A stretch of DNA of 64,000 nt from Octopus vulgaris. Lineage: Eukaryota. Under the pieces are notes generated by a model. The model was not told the origin of the DNA and did not search any database. It saw nothing but the letters and a program-made list of their open reading frames with translations. This document shows positions 1 to 11,109 of this stretch, piece after piece (the first letter of the stretch is position 1; the number at the start of each line of letters is the position of its first letter). The DNA lies in assembly GCA_951406725.2 (NCBI GenBank), contig OX597820.1, positions 100,130,001-100,194,000 on the forward strand. Reading direction: 5' to 3'. A program made the position numbers and the translations under genes.

Positions 1-1546
1 AGGCAAGGCCATAGAGGTGTACGAGACGGTGACAGGAGCAAAAGTTAATCGCGAAAAGTCAGTCGGCTTGCAACTCGGCACCTGGAGAGGCAAGTCGATG
101 CCTCCTGACAGCGTCGTGGGACGTTGGACGGAGGGTCCGATTAAACTGCTAGGGGTCTGGTTCGGTCCAGACCTCCAAATAGAGAAGAATTGGGGCGAGG
201 TAACGAGCAAGGTGGCTGCAGTAGCCAAGACCTGGTCTTGGCGGTGGCTATCCCTGAAAGGGAGGGCGGAGGTGGCCAATGTGTTTATCGCATCGGTTAT
301 CACCTACCGCCTTTCCGTCGTTCCTTGCCCTGATTCGTGGTTGATCAAGTTGGAAAGACAGCTCTTCTACTTCTTGTGGAAGGGCGGGAAACCACTTGTG
401 AAACGCTCTACTTGCTGTCAACAACCGTTAAAGGGTGGGCTAGGGATGCCTTGGCTGATGATGCGCAGACATGCGCTGAGGTTAAGACATCTGTGGCTCT
501 ACCTGGATGGTGAACGGGTGTGGTCTTCGCTAGCAAAACTGATGTTTCCCAAGTTCACTAGTTTCGGTGGATGGGAAACCTGGCTGAATCGTAGATCGAA
601 ACTTGGTACTTGGTACACGGAGTGTCGCAAGGCTCTCCTGCTATTCCGTCGCTCGGGCAACGCCTGCGGTGGGGGTTCCACCACTTTCTTCTATAGAGGG
701 TTGGTAGAGGCGGAATGTGAAGATACCTTGGGGAAACCCTAGGTCTCGACGATAACCAGCTGGCCAGTCTGTTCCGACGTACGTTCGAGCCAAGGACACT
801 GGACAACTTCCAGAAGTCTCTGGCATGGCAATGCTACAGAGGAGCTCTACCTGTTCGGGATAAACTCGCAAGGCACGGTGGCCAAGACAGTCCGATATGT
901 CCAAGATGCGGGCGGGATAGGGAAACCGTCCCGCACGCGATTGTTCATTGTCCGGACGTGTCTGAGGTGTGGGTTTATGCCGAACACCTGTTGTCAGGTA
1001 CACGAAGAGTACAGCTGTCGACTGAGTCGATTACAAAAATTGACCCACCGGATTTCCTCGTGAATGAAGGTAAGTTTCGTTTTCTCGTTGTAGTAGCAAT
1101 CGCGAAAGAGGTGATATGGAAGACGAGAATGAAAGGTTTACAGTCAGGCAAGTTCATCTCCGGCCCTGGTTTGATGAATTATTTCATCTTTCACCTGAAA
1201 AGGAAGATAGGGCTGGAGAGAATATGCCTGACTAGGAGAGCGTATGAAGAACGATGGAAGGATGTAGCACGGAAGTTGCGAATGAAAGTTACAACATAAA
1301 TGTAATACCAAGTGCAACCAAAAGTATCAGTGGGGAGGCGGGGCTCGTGGGGTCCGAGCTAAACCCGCACCCACTCCACCCGTAATGTCTTCCGGTCTGT
1401 CCTATCACTCGATTTCTGTCCATTTATTGTTATTCATGAAAATTTTTAAACCCGATTTATTGTAAAAACCCATTCGTTTGTCTGACCCCATCATCAGAAT
1501 GTATTGTCCCATCTGTGTTCGCCCCTTGTGGGTAATAATAAAACAA
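1..1546 (+). mobile_element. 3' part of a Tx1/L1-clade LINE (RT C-terminus, C-terminal Cys/His finger, 3' UTR); runs off the left edge
   Basis: Near-identical to 15256-16802 (offset 15255). ORFs 17-742 and 958-1299 match the end of ORF 14738-16555; a G-run one base shorter near 730 breaks the frame. Confidence 0.92.
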
Positions 1547-1860
1547 CATGGAGGAAAGCACCTTCGAAAAGTGTCTTGGTGCGACTATGAAAGACATCTA
1601 ATCAGAGGCGGTAAGTTCGCCACAATAGAAGCAAGGTTCGAGTCAACGGAGCGTGCAAGGGAGTACTCGACTAGAACTTGCAAAGTGGAATTTTTTCATT
1701 TTTACCTTTATATCTGGGACGTAGGACGTCCCGGTAAAAAAAATTTAAATGCCTCCCATCTAGAAGTAGAGGTAGGCTGGATTGTAGCCACACGTCTATA
1801 CCAGAAGGAAGGACAAAATACAATTGATCGAAATTACAAGAGATGGATTAACAATTCCAG
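1547..1860 (+). pseudogene. Degenerate LINE ORF1-like remnant (copies at 16803-17110 and 63748-64000)
   Basis: Translation 'LIRGGKFATIEARFESTERAREYST' resembles 'VSRGKKFGTVEVRC' (11140), 'INRGKRYGTVE' (12210) and 'ISRAVKFATVWLLF' (48480). Confidence 0.55.
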
Positions 1861-2161
1861 TCTGTAATATATTTTGAGTATTGTTATCACTAGCGATATC
1901 AAGATATAACATTGTATTTTGTATTTTATGTGTAGATGTATATATATAGGTGTACATGTAATATGAACACATATATATACACATATATACATGCACTAGC
2001 ATTATGACCCGGCGACGACGGGTCTTTAATGCTAGTATGCTTATAAAGTAGCATTCAGTATCTAGAAGAATTTTTGGGAGTACGTAATGTCTGGTCTTTT
2101 GCGTGTAGCAGGTATGTAATTGTGCATTTGTTTCCGTGTACTATGTGTTGTGTGTAAAAAA

Positions 2162-2243
2162 CATCCTGACGAGGGGAGTGTCTATTTTAAATATATAATA
2201 TATTTCATATTAATTGATGCATCTCCGAAACGGCCTGTAGATG
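2162..2243 (+). ncRNA. Type I hammerhead ribozyme motif with long helix II
   Basis: catc-CTGACGA-GGGGAGTGTC..33 nt..GATGCATCTCC-GAAAC-ggcct-GTA-gatg: helix I catc/gatg, intact core, GUA cleavage triplet. Confidence 0.75.
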
Positions 2244-2471
2244 AACTTTTAGGTATTTTTGTAAATTTGTATATTTATCTTCTATATATTTTTATCTGGA
2301 ATTTTAATTCGTCTATTTAATATGTCGTTGTATGTTTTATTAGCCCAAATTTTTAATTTAACAAATTTATACCAAACTAGCTAGTATATAGTACTAGTTT
2401 ATATATATATATATATATATATGAAAAAACAAGTCAAAATAGAAAATGCTAAAATAATTTTATAAACAACA

Positions 2472-2515
2472 TTTCAGTACCGGTTTCGGTCATTTTGAGA
2501 CCTTTTCAACTGTAA
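2472..2515 (-). ncRNA. Minimal type I hammerhead, U3-A8 core variant
   Basis: Minus strand: cag-TTGAAAA-GGTC-tcaaaat-GACC-GAAAC-cg-GTA-ctg; same strand as the PLE ORF and downstream of it. Confidence 0.75.
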
Positions 2516-2912
2516 CGATTAAATAATTAAATTTGGAAAAATTAAAAGAAAAGTTTTTTTAAAGGAATATTTGTATAGTGTTTGAATATAAGTGGCATTC
2601 TGCCTTTCTCTGTCTCCCTTGTTTGCACTTGTGTATTCAAGGCCGTTGTGAATTCTTGGTAGGGTAGAAGAAGAAGGTTGATGAAGAGAGGGGTGGAAAA
2701 ATTTGGGAGTGCCTTGATGGTCGTATTTTGAATGGTCAGTGGCGGCTTGCAGTTGCAGTTCAATTCAGGAGAATATTTCTATTGAAAGGTTTGTTTATGG
2801 AATTTGCGTAGGTGTTATACTAAAAAGCATTAGTGATAAAGTTAGGAGGTAGAAGGTGGAGAAGAAGAAGAAAAAGATGACGATGTTGATGATGATGATG
2901 ATGAAGAAGAAG

Positions 2913-2944
<32 letters not shown>

Positions 2945-2998
2945 GAAGGAGAAGAAGAAGATGATGATGATGGTGACGATGATGACGACGATGATGAT

Positions 2999-3033
<35 letters not shown>

Positions 3034-3265
3034 AGAAGAAAGAGAAGGGAGAATATGAATGGGTGAAAGTAGTGAGGTGTTGTATGACTTGAAGTTGGCA
3101 CGTTATGGATTATAGCTGTGATTGGGGCTGATTTGTAATGGATTCTTTGGAATGTAATATGTGTGTGTGTGTATTTCTTTTATTCTAAAGTTGAGGTATA
3201 TTAATCGTTTGTCGTAGACCCGTTAAGAAGTGGCCTGTATTTTGTAATAAAGAGAGTTTCTTTAC

Positions 3266-4225
3266 TTATTCGTTGTCTCGAGGTTGTATCGTCCCTAAAT
3301 TGGTAGAGGGGGAAATCCTGAAGCTTGGTGTTTTGTTGTTGGCGCAAGTATCTATGTGTTGGCTGAAAGCTATTTTTCTGTTTTGGGGAATTTTTATCTG
3401 GGATCTGTGCAGGGCCATTCTTTTACGCAAACTATTTTTTGTTTGGCCTACGTACTGCTCTTGACACCCGGAGCAGGTTAGTGAGTATATTAGGTTCTCC
3501 GAAGCACATGTGAAGTTGCTTTTCACTGTAAACCGTTGTCCCTGTTTGAAGGAGAACTCTGATCCCTCAATTAGATAATCGCATATCCCGCAATTGGGTC
3601 TCCCGCATTTTTTTACTGTCGGCTTCTGTGTTGAAGAGTGTATTCGGGCTTGTGTTAGGAGACTTTTCATAGATTTAGGCTGTCTCTTGCTTTTTATGAT
3701 CGTGTGTGTTTGGAGGATTGTGTTCATTCTGTGGTCTTGTTTTAGGAGGGGTATGTTGTGGAGGATGGTGCCGAAGGCTTCATTATTGAGAGGGTTGTGT
3801 GTGGAGATGTATGGTAAGGCTTTTGGTCGTAAGTTTTTCTTTGATTTGGGATGTCTCAGTTCCTTGATGTTAAGTTGAAGGGCATGTTGAATGCACATGT
3901 CAATAAGTGAAGGTGGGTAGTTCCTGGTGATAAGGGTATCTTTTAGTTCTTGTAGTCGTGTGTCTCTGGTGTTTGCTTTAGAAACTATAGTGCATATCCT
4001 TTTTGCTAGATTGAAGGGGATATTCATCCTGGTGTGTCTGGGGTGGCATGAATTGAATGGAAGATATTGCTTAGAATCTGTAGGCTTATAATATATGTCT
4101 GTTTCTATTACATTATTAGCTTTCTTAATGAGGATATCGAGGAAGGGGAGTTGTTGCTGGCTATATTCCAACGTGAATTGGATGTTTACGTCCAGTCCGT
4201 TTAAAATTTCTTGGAATTCTATGAG

Positions 4226-4226
<1 letters not shown>
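3266..4226 (-). pseudogene. Penelope-like RT C-terminus plus GIY-YIG endonuclease (partial)
   Basis: 'LPFLDILI', 'YYKPTDSKQYLPFNSCHP', Cys linker 'CGRPNCGIC', 'NLIYSLTC..C...YVGQT...LRKRM..H'; 5'-truncated, frameshift near the C-terminus. Confidence 0.9.
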
Positions 4227-4270
<44 letters not shown>

Positions 4271-4313
4271 TATACATACATAAGACACACACATATATAT
4301 TATATATATATAT

Positions 4314-4377
<64 letters not shown>

Positions 4378-4490
4378 TATACAGATGGATAGATATATAG
4401 ATAGATAGACAGACAGACAGGGACATAGATAGATAGACAGGCAGTCAGACAGATATATAGATAGATAGATATATAGATAGATAGAGAGAC

Positions 4491-4540
<50 letters not shown>

Positions 4541-4582
4541 GCAGTCAGGCAGACAGACAAACAGGCAGTCAGGCAGACAGAG

Positions 4583-4649
<67 letters not shown>

Positions 4650-4680
4650 CAGACAGGCAGACATATATATAGATAGATAT
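4227..4680. repeat. Compound (TA)n/(GATA)n/(GACA)n microsatellite (paralog 18123-18450)
   Basis: Seen directly. Confidence 0.95.
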
Positions 4681-5684
4681 GACTGTGATTTTGTAACTGT
4701 TTTCTTTTTATTTTTGCTTGTATTGTTAACGTATAAAAAAAACTGCTCCGCGTCGACAAGGATACGATTTGAATCCACGCTACAATAAGTTGCTATTCTC
4801 CGAACAACAAACTTCTAATCTACTACTGTCCTGAAAGCCCTCGATTGACTGAACGTTGCTAGCAAAACCATATGAAAGAATGCTTTACTGTAAACGGAAT
4901 GCACAAGGGGATCTTAGCTGATAATTTATTGTTCATCATCTGTTGAAAATAGTGACTGATGTGTGTTTGGCAAAATATGCTGTGATGTTAATTTAAGGCA
5001 TGTTACACAGCTTTATAATACGTTTTTATCAATCCAGCTTCACAAACATGTATGTAAATTTCAGTTGTAAATACTGAGTGATAAGACAAAGGGAGCCACG
5101 CATTGCTCGTCACTCAAAAGCACAAAAGTCCAGATTTTATAATATTCTTAAATGATGTTAAAGACCAAATTCCTATAGACCAAGATATATGATAAAATGT
5201 GAGGCAACGAAAGAGATTCTTTGTAGTTGTTCGACATGTTAGGAATAGTAGTGAAATCACCCGCGAATTACATTTTAATGCTTAAAATAGAGAGGGCGGG
5301 TGCTTTGGATAATATAATTCTAAATGTGCAATACACAAGAAAAGATCTAGATTAACGTGGGTGTGAATATCTGATTTTATACGTCTACTTAATGGACGCT
5401 GGTCTCGCTCTTATCAGCAGTAAAAATACATGCTTAGTGTATTCTACTGTTTATTGATAAATCATTTTTTTTAAAAATGTATTCGCTATTACAGTCTTGC
5501 ATTCATAATTACGATGGTTAATTAAAGAGGGAATGATATTTCGGTGGAAAAATCTTTATAAAAAACAATTAAAGACATGTGAATTAATTACAAAAAGTAA
5601 AAGAATCCATACTCGTTTCCATTAACACCAAAATATTTTATGAATTGTATTTATAAATCATATTCAAAAAAAATTACATAAATG

Positions 5685-6826
5685 TCAAATTTTGAAATAT
5701 ATAATTGAGAACCTTCGAAAATATTTTCTTGTTTCGTAAAGTACAAAACATAGGATTATTGCTATAATTATCAGCCACACACGAATATAAGATATTTCGT
5801 CTGTATTATGTTCAATATACAAAATTTCTCCTTGGTTCTTGGCGCTGCGATTAGCAAAAATGGTTAAAAGTTTTTCTTCTATAGCTTCCACGTCATTCCG
5901 ATTACTTCGCTTATCAATTACTAAAAACATTAGTAGACTTGACGCATAATCAGGTGAAGAAAATTTCTGAATAGGATTGTAAAATTCATAAAATTTATTT
6001 GAGTAAGGTAGCTCTATGTTCAATTTTTCTGATAAAAGTCCATTCCAAGCATCATCAGGCATAAAAACATGGTTGTCCAATGCAGCAATATACAGTTTAT
6101 TAATTAGAAAAATATGTGCCACATAACCCACGCCATTACAAAATCGGGGAAAGCGCTTTCCTTTGTAAAGAATATTCTGAGGAACGTGTTTCACTTCGTG
6201 AAAGAATTTTAAATTTCCTGGCCCTTCAGGTCTGTAACAGGCTACAAAACGATCTTTACGTGTTGATTGAAGCAACTGATAATGGAGATAAGGCACCAAT
6301 TTGTATTGATCTACAAAAAGTTCATCGTTCATGACCATGACATAATCAGCGTTACCACAAAATTCTACACTCCATTTCCACGCCATTATTGTTTTTAATG
6401 AAACATTAGTGTAGGACTCCATAAAATCTTCCTGAATGATATCTCTATACTTATTACTCTCGTTCTGAATTAAGGATTCTAATGTAGAATTTTTTGTTTT
6501 ACCAAATATGAAAACATGTCTAACAATTATATTTTTTGAGTAAGGATCATGCGGAATATCCTGGAATATTACTCTTAGTATTTCCCGACGACCAAAATTG
6601 GTGTGAAAGCTTCTAACAATATAGAGAAGTAAAAGTCGTTCATGCCTAGAACAGAGATCTGGTTCATTGATAAGTCTTTTGAAGTTGTGTTTGTAAGGTC
6701 GTGGTTTATCATAATACTCATCTGGAACATTTGAATGCTTCGGCTTTTTTCTATAAGTCACTTTGGTATGTTTTAATATCGATGTTCTTTTATCGAAGTA
6801 CGACTGTTCAAGAGCAAAACTTATAC
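5685..6826 (-). CDS. GT31 beta-1,3-galactosyltransferase-like protein, main coding exon, copy 1
   Basis: GT31 motifs 'VFIFG', 'E..KYRDIIQEDFMESYTNVSLKT', 'W..EFC..ADYV', 'FPRFCNGVGYV', 'DDAWNG'. The ORF 'start' at 6848 is TTG preceded by TAA; acceptor tttattttctttttAG ends at 6827 (phase 1). Confidence 0.85.
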
Positions 6827-7981
6827 CTAAAAAGAAAATAAATGCCAATTATGTATTACAAAAATCTAAAAAATATATTATGTATTACAATTATGTATTA
6901 CAATTTATGCATTACAAAAATTTTTCAAAAGCATGAGTTCCAATTATATATTACAAAAATGTATATCAGGTTATTCTTCATTTGTTTTCAATAGCACTGT
7001 TCACCCATCACATTGAACTATCTCAAATTATTTCAATTTTTTAGATGGCACTCTTACATAAATAACTACTATCACTACTCGTGAAACTTCCTGAATTATT
7101 TTTGAAATTGTAACACAAAATTGTATATTTTTCTGAAATGATTGATTCTTGAGATGGTATAAAAATCCACATAGGTAGCATTGAAGACGCAGTCTCAAGA
7201 AACAACTTTTTTTGAAAGCTACATTCTTATGCTTAGTACTTTGTGAGTTATCTAATATTTTTCGCTTTATGCCAAGAAGTAAACAATATAAACTATTGAA
7301 CAAAATTGAAGACATTATCTTCAATTATTATTTTGCTGCTGTACGTTGGTATGGATATGCATGGCTTAGTGGTTTGGGTGTGGCACTTACGAAGGCAACG
7401 CTGTGTTTTTGATTGATGGACTGGTGATGCGTTGTGTTCTTGAGCAAAACACTTCATTTCACATTGTTCCAGTACACTCAGCTAAAAAACATGAATAATT
7501 CTGCGACGGAGCGGTTTCCTGTCCAGGATACGATGTATATGCCACAGAGTTCGAGAAACCGGATTCATGAGTCAATGGTTCGGGAAAGACACTTGATCCT
7601 CCTTTTGGAGAGTATATTTGTAAAATTTCGACAAATCAGAATATGCTATTTGGAAAAGAAAACTATAAAATCGATTGATCTTAAACTTTCTTGTCTTTTC
7701 CTAATCTTTGTTTACATTGTATATCGTTGTCCCTATTTTATAAACAAGTATTCTTCGACTGAGCAAGCAAAATTTAATAAGAATTAAACGCATGCATCAG
7801 AAGAGAGGTGATATAAAATATTTTCAAAAACATTAAAAACTACATTTTTTGCTGTCCAGCCACCACTGCTACCTCCATTAAACTATATCCACCACTATCA
7901 TCATTTAACGGCCGACCACCGGCACTATACTTATCACTAACAATGCTCAGTCTAAATTATTCGCCACTGAAGATCATACAC

Positions 7982-8062
<81 letters not shown>

Positions 8063-8182
8063 TTTTAATTTTTTTTTTATTAAGCCACTTGGTGGTAAAT
8101 GGATGTACTATTAAATTAGTATCCAATTTTCTGACCCTTATCGTTTGATAATATATATATCCCACTTCTGACAGATAATTTT

Positions 8183-8329
8183 TTCCCCGTTACTTAGCGG
8201 TTCGGCAAAACAGACCGATAGAATAAGTACTGGGCTTACATAAGAATAAGTCCCAGGGTCGAGTTGCTCGATTAAAAAGCGGTGCTCCAGCATGGCCTCA
8301 GTCAAATGACTGAAACAAGCAAAAGAGAG

Positions 8330-8331
<2 letters not shown>
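8183..8331 (+). mobile_element. 3' half of an octopus-type SINE (copies at about 21935-22082 and 57491-57639)
   Basis: Matches 52343-52490 of the full SINE (ccccgttacttagcggttcggc...aaaagagagta). Confidence 0.8.
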
Positions 8332-8368
<37 letters not shown>

Positions 8369-8615
8369 CTGGAGAGATTCATTCTGTTTTAATGCCTTGT
8401 TAATTAACACAGTCACCGGTTGGATTTCCACTCATTTACTTACTTATTTTTACAATAGTCATTGACTGTGTCCGTCATTGGAGCTGAGTTCTTTTTGTAT
8501 GTTTGTTTGTGTGCATGTATATGCGTCAGTTTTGCATGTGTATATACATATGTATGTATGTATATAAATAGATATGTATGTATGTATTATGTATGTATGT
8601 GTTTGTGTATCCATT

Positions 8616-8648
<33 letters not shown>

Positions 8649-9013
8649 GCTTTTGTACGTTTGTGTGTATGTATTCTGCATATTCATGTGTTTGTGTGTT
8701 CATGTTTGTATGTTTGTGTGTGTATGTGTGTGCGTCTGTGTGTGCGTATTCTTCTATTTTATTCCTTTATTCTTTTATTTTATTCCTTATAAACTGTGAA
8801 TTTTATTCCTTGTGAACTATAAATTTTCCCTGTCTAAAATATTCATACCTTGACAGATTACCCAGTGCACGGACATGATTACCAACCACTTGGGTTAACC
8901 CAGAAACGGCTGAAAGACTTCAAATTCATCTTACCTTAATTAAATTATTCTAAATGACTTGAGATTCTCGTTCTGCCTTGGTTTTTATTTTCCTTCTAAT
9001 ATAATGAATGATA

Positions 9014-9945
9014 CTAGCTTTAGGTGACCCGCTCTACGCGCGGGAGATGTTTTGGTTGTTGGACCAATGTATTAATGTAGCATTAAGAACGAAGAGCTCA
9101 TTTACATTTAATTTATAAAATATGAATACTTATTTTTTGAAATTGACAGTTAAAGCATGGAAAAATGTGCTTTAAGTATAGTTTAGAAAAATGGAGAAAA
9201 GATAGCGAATGAGGGATTATGTTAATGATTTTAATTTTTTCAGTAAAGTAAAATGTTAAACAATAAATTTTAAAAATGGAAACTTATCACCAGAAGGCAA
9301 ACGAATAGCCCGTATTAGAAACATTTTTTCTTTTGGGTCAAAAGGCTATTTAGTAATCAAAAAGTTACCCGAGCATGTGCCTCCCTCTTTTTTGCAATTT
9401 CCTCACTCTAGCTCGGTGGTTTGATAAGTTGTAGCTCTTACGCATAGACATATCGAAAAGCAAATTTGAGAAATGAAATACTTGGAAACCTAAAGTTGAT
9501 TTGGTTTAGAATGAGAAAACGAATAAAATAGTCAAGATGTAAATAATTCAAAACTGGAAAATTTTTCAAATTTACAGAAAAATTTTTTTTAACGACGGTC
9601 GGCTTGAGCATACAAATAAATTCTTTTATCCACGCAAAAATAAATAATATCTGTTACCTTTCTGAAAGACCTGTGGTAGGAATATTTAAACTTTTGCGGC
9701 TGTCATTGAGAGACGCGTTGGAGAAGAAAGAGAGACGGTGGAGGTGCCAAACGTCGTTATAGAGTGAGAGAAAATGGAGAGAAGCGGAAAAGAGAGAGAT
9801 CTAGGAAGAAAAGGCGATATATGAAAGAGAGGAATGAAAAATGAAATATTTTGAAACCTAAAGATGATTTGTTTTAAGAGAAAGATTCTCATGATTGTGT
9901 GGTGGTGATGGCGATGATAATTCTCTTTATGAATGTAGAAAACGT

Positions 9946-9977
<32 letters not shown>

Positions 9978-10429
9978 TGACAGCGCTGGCGAAGGAAAGA
10001 TAGTAGACGCTATCAAATGACGTTATAGAGAGAAGTGAAAGGAAAGGAAGAGAGAGAGAGAGAGAGAAGTGGAGGATGACAGGCAGACAATAGAATGTGA
10101 TGGTGGCGAGGGAAAGATAATAGACGCTGTGAAACGACGTTATAGATAGAATTTGAAAGAAAGGGAGGTAAGAGAGTGAGTGATGGAGGAAGACAGATAC
10201 ATAAAAGAATGGGAGTAGACTTGTCAAAGTGCGTTTTTGGCCCTAGCAACGAAATCTTTTAAGATGGGGATTTCTAACCTAGACCACTCGCATCCTCACC
10301 CCTCATTTTACATGTCCCTGTAAATTTTGGAGTCAATCTGACGGGATCTCGTTGATATTTAACCCGTTCTCAATGCCAAAACCAGACAAACAAACAAACT
10401 TTTCGCATTTCAGAATTATAATATAGAGA
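9014..10429 (-). mobile_element. Non-autonomous Helitron A (unit 1)
   Basis: Minus strand starts TCTCTATATTATAA followed by (TTTG)n and ends with hairpin cccgcgcgtagagcggg plus CTAG, then T. Confidence 0.75.
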
Positions 10430-11109
10430 CTAGCTTAAGGTGACCCGCTCGACGCGCAGGTGAGAGTGTGGTTGTTACTTTGTTGTTTTCTTTCGGCACG
10501 TAAAAAGCACCATCCGAACGTGGCCGATGGCAGCGCCGCCTTCACTGGCTTCTGTGCCGGTGGCACGTAAAGAGCACCAACCGATCGTGGCCGCTGCCAG
10601 CACCCCCTCACGCCTGTGCCGGTTGCACGAAATAAGCACCCACTACACTCACGGAGTGGTTGGCGTTATAAACCGCATCCAGCTGTAGAAACACTGCCAG
10701 ATCAGACTGGAGCCTGGTGCAGCCTCCTGGCTTCCCAGACCCCGGTCAAACCGTCCAACCCGTGCTAGCACAGAAAACGGACATTAAACGATGATGATGA
10801 TGTCGATTCTCCCTCTTTGTTTCTCTCTCTTTCTCTCTTTCACTTTCACACTCTCTTGCTCTTCCTTTTCTCGGACTCTCCCTCGCTTTCTCTTACTCTC
10901 TATCTTTATCTATCTCTCTCCCATTTATAAACAACAAAAGATCTTGAGTATGTTGCAAAAGAATAAAGTTTGAAATATCAATCATTAATATCAGGCAGTG
11001 ACAACGGAAAGGTCTACTGCAAGGCAGACAGCAAAACACTAACATTTAAAAGGGACAGACGAACTTGCTAGCTGTAATAAAATATTGGAAACCAAAGTTT
11101 GAAGGGATA
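10430..11109 (-). mobile_element. Helitron B, 3' part (tandem with A), containing a SINE-like insert ending in (GAT)n at about 10495-10802; truncated at 11109
   Basis: Second CTAG plus hairpin at 10430; colinear with 25393-26080 up to 'gaagggata'. Confidence 0.7.

Larger units (their letters stand above)
2422..4226 (-). mobile_element. 5'-truncated Penelope-like element (Neptune-type) inserted in a (TA)n tract
   Basis: Contains the RT/GIY-YIG ORF 3266-4171 and a hammerhead motif near its 3' end; (TA)n on both sides; absent from the paralogous site at about 17680-18125. Confidence 0.85.

Noticed and set aside
1485-1502. Minus-strand CTGATGA in the LINE 3' UTR as a hammerhead
   Set aside because: No helix II plus GAAA arrangement follows.
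6827-6848. 'MAFIFFL' as the GT31 start and signal peptide
   Set aside because: The codon is TTG directly after a stop, and the hydrophobic residues are the translated polypyrimidine tract of a splice acceptor.
7028-7787. Repeated 60-120 aa ORFs upstream of GT31 in each unit
   Set aside because: They recur only because of the segmental duplication; lengths and frames vary between copies, starts are non-ATG and no domain is recognisable.
8849-8918. Hammerhead in the four unit-borne relatives of 32252
   Set aside because: The CTGATGA core is lost and the cleavage triplet reads GAA; recorded only as dead relatives.
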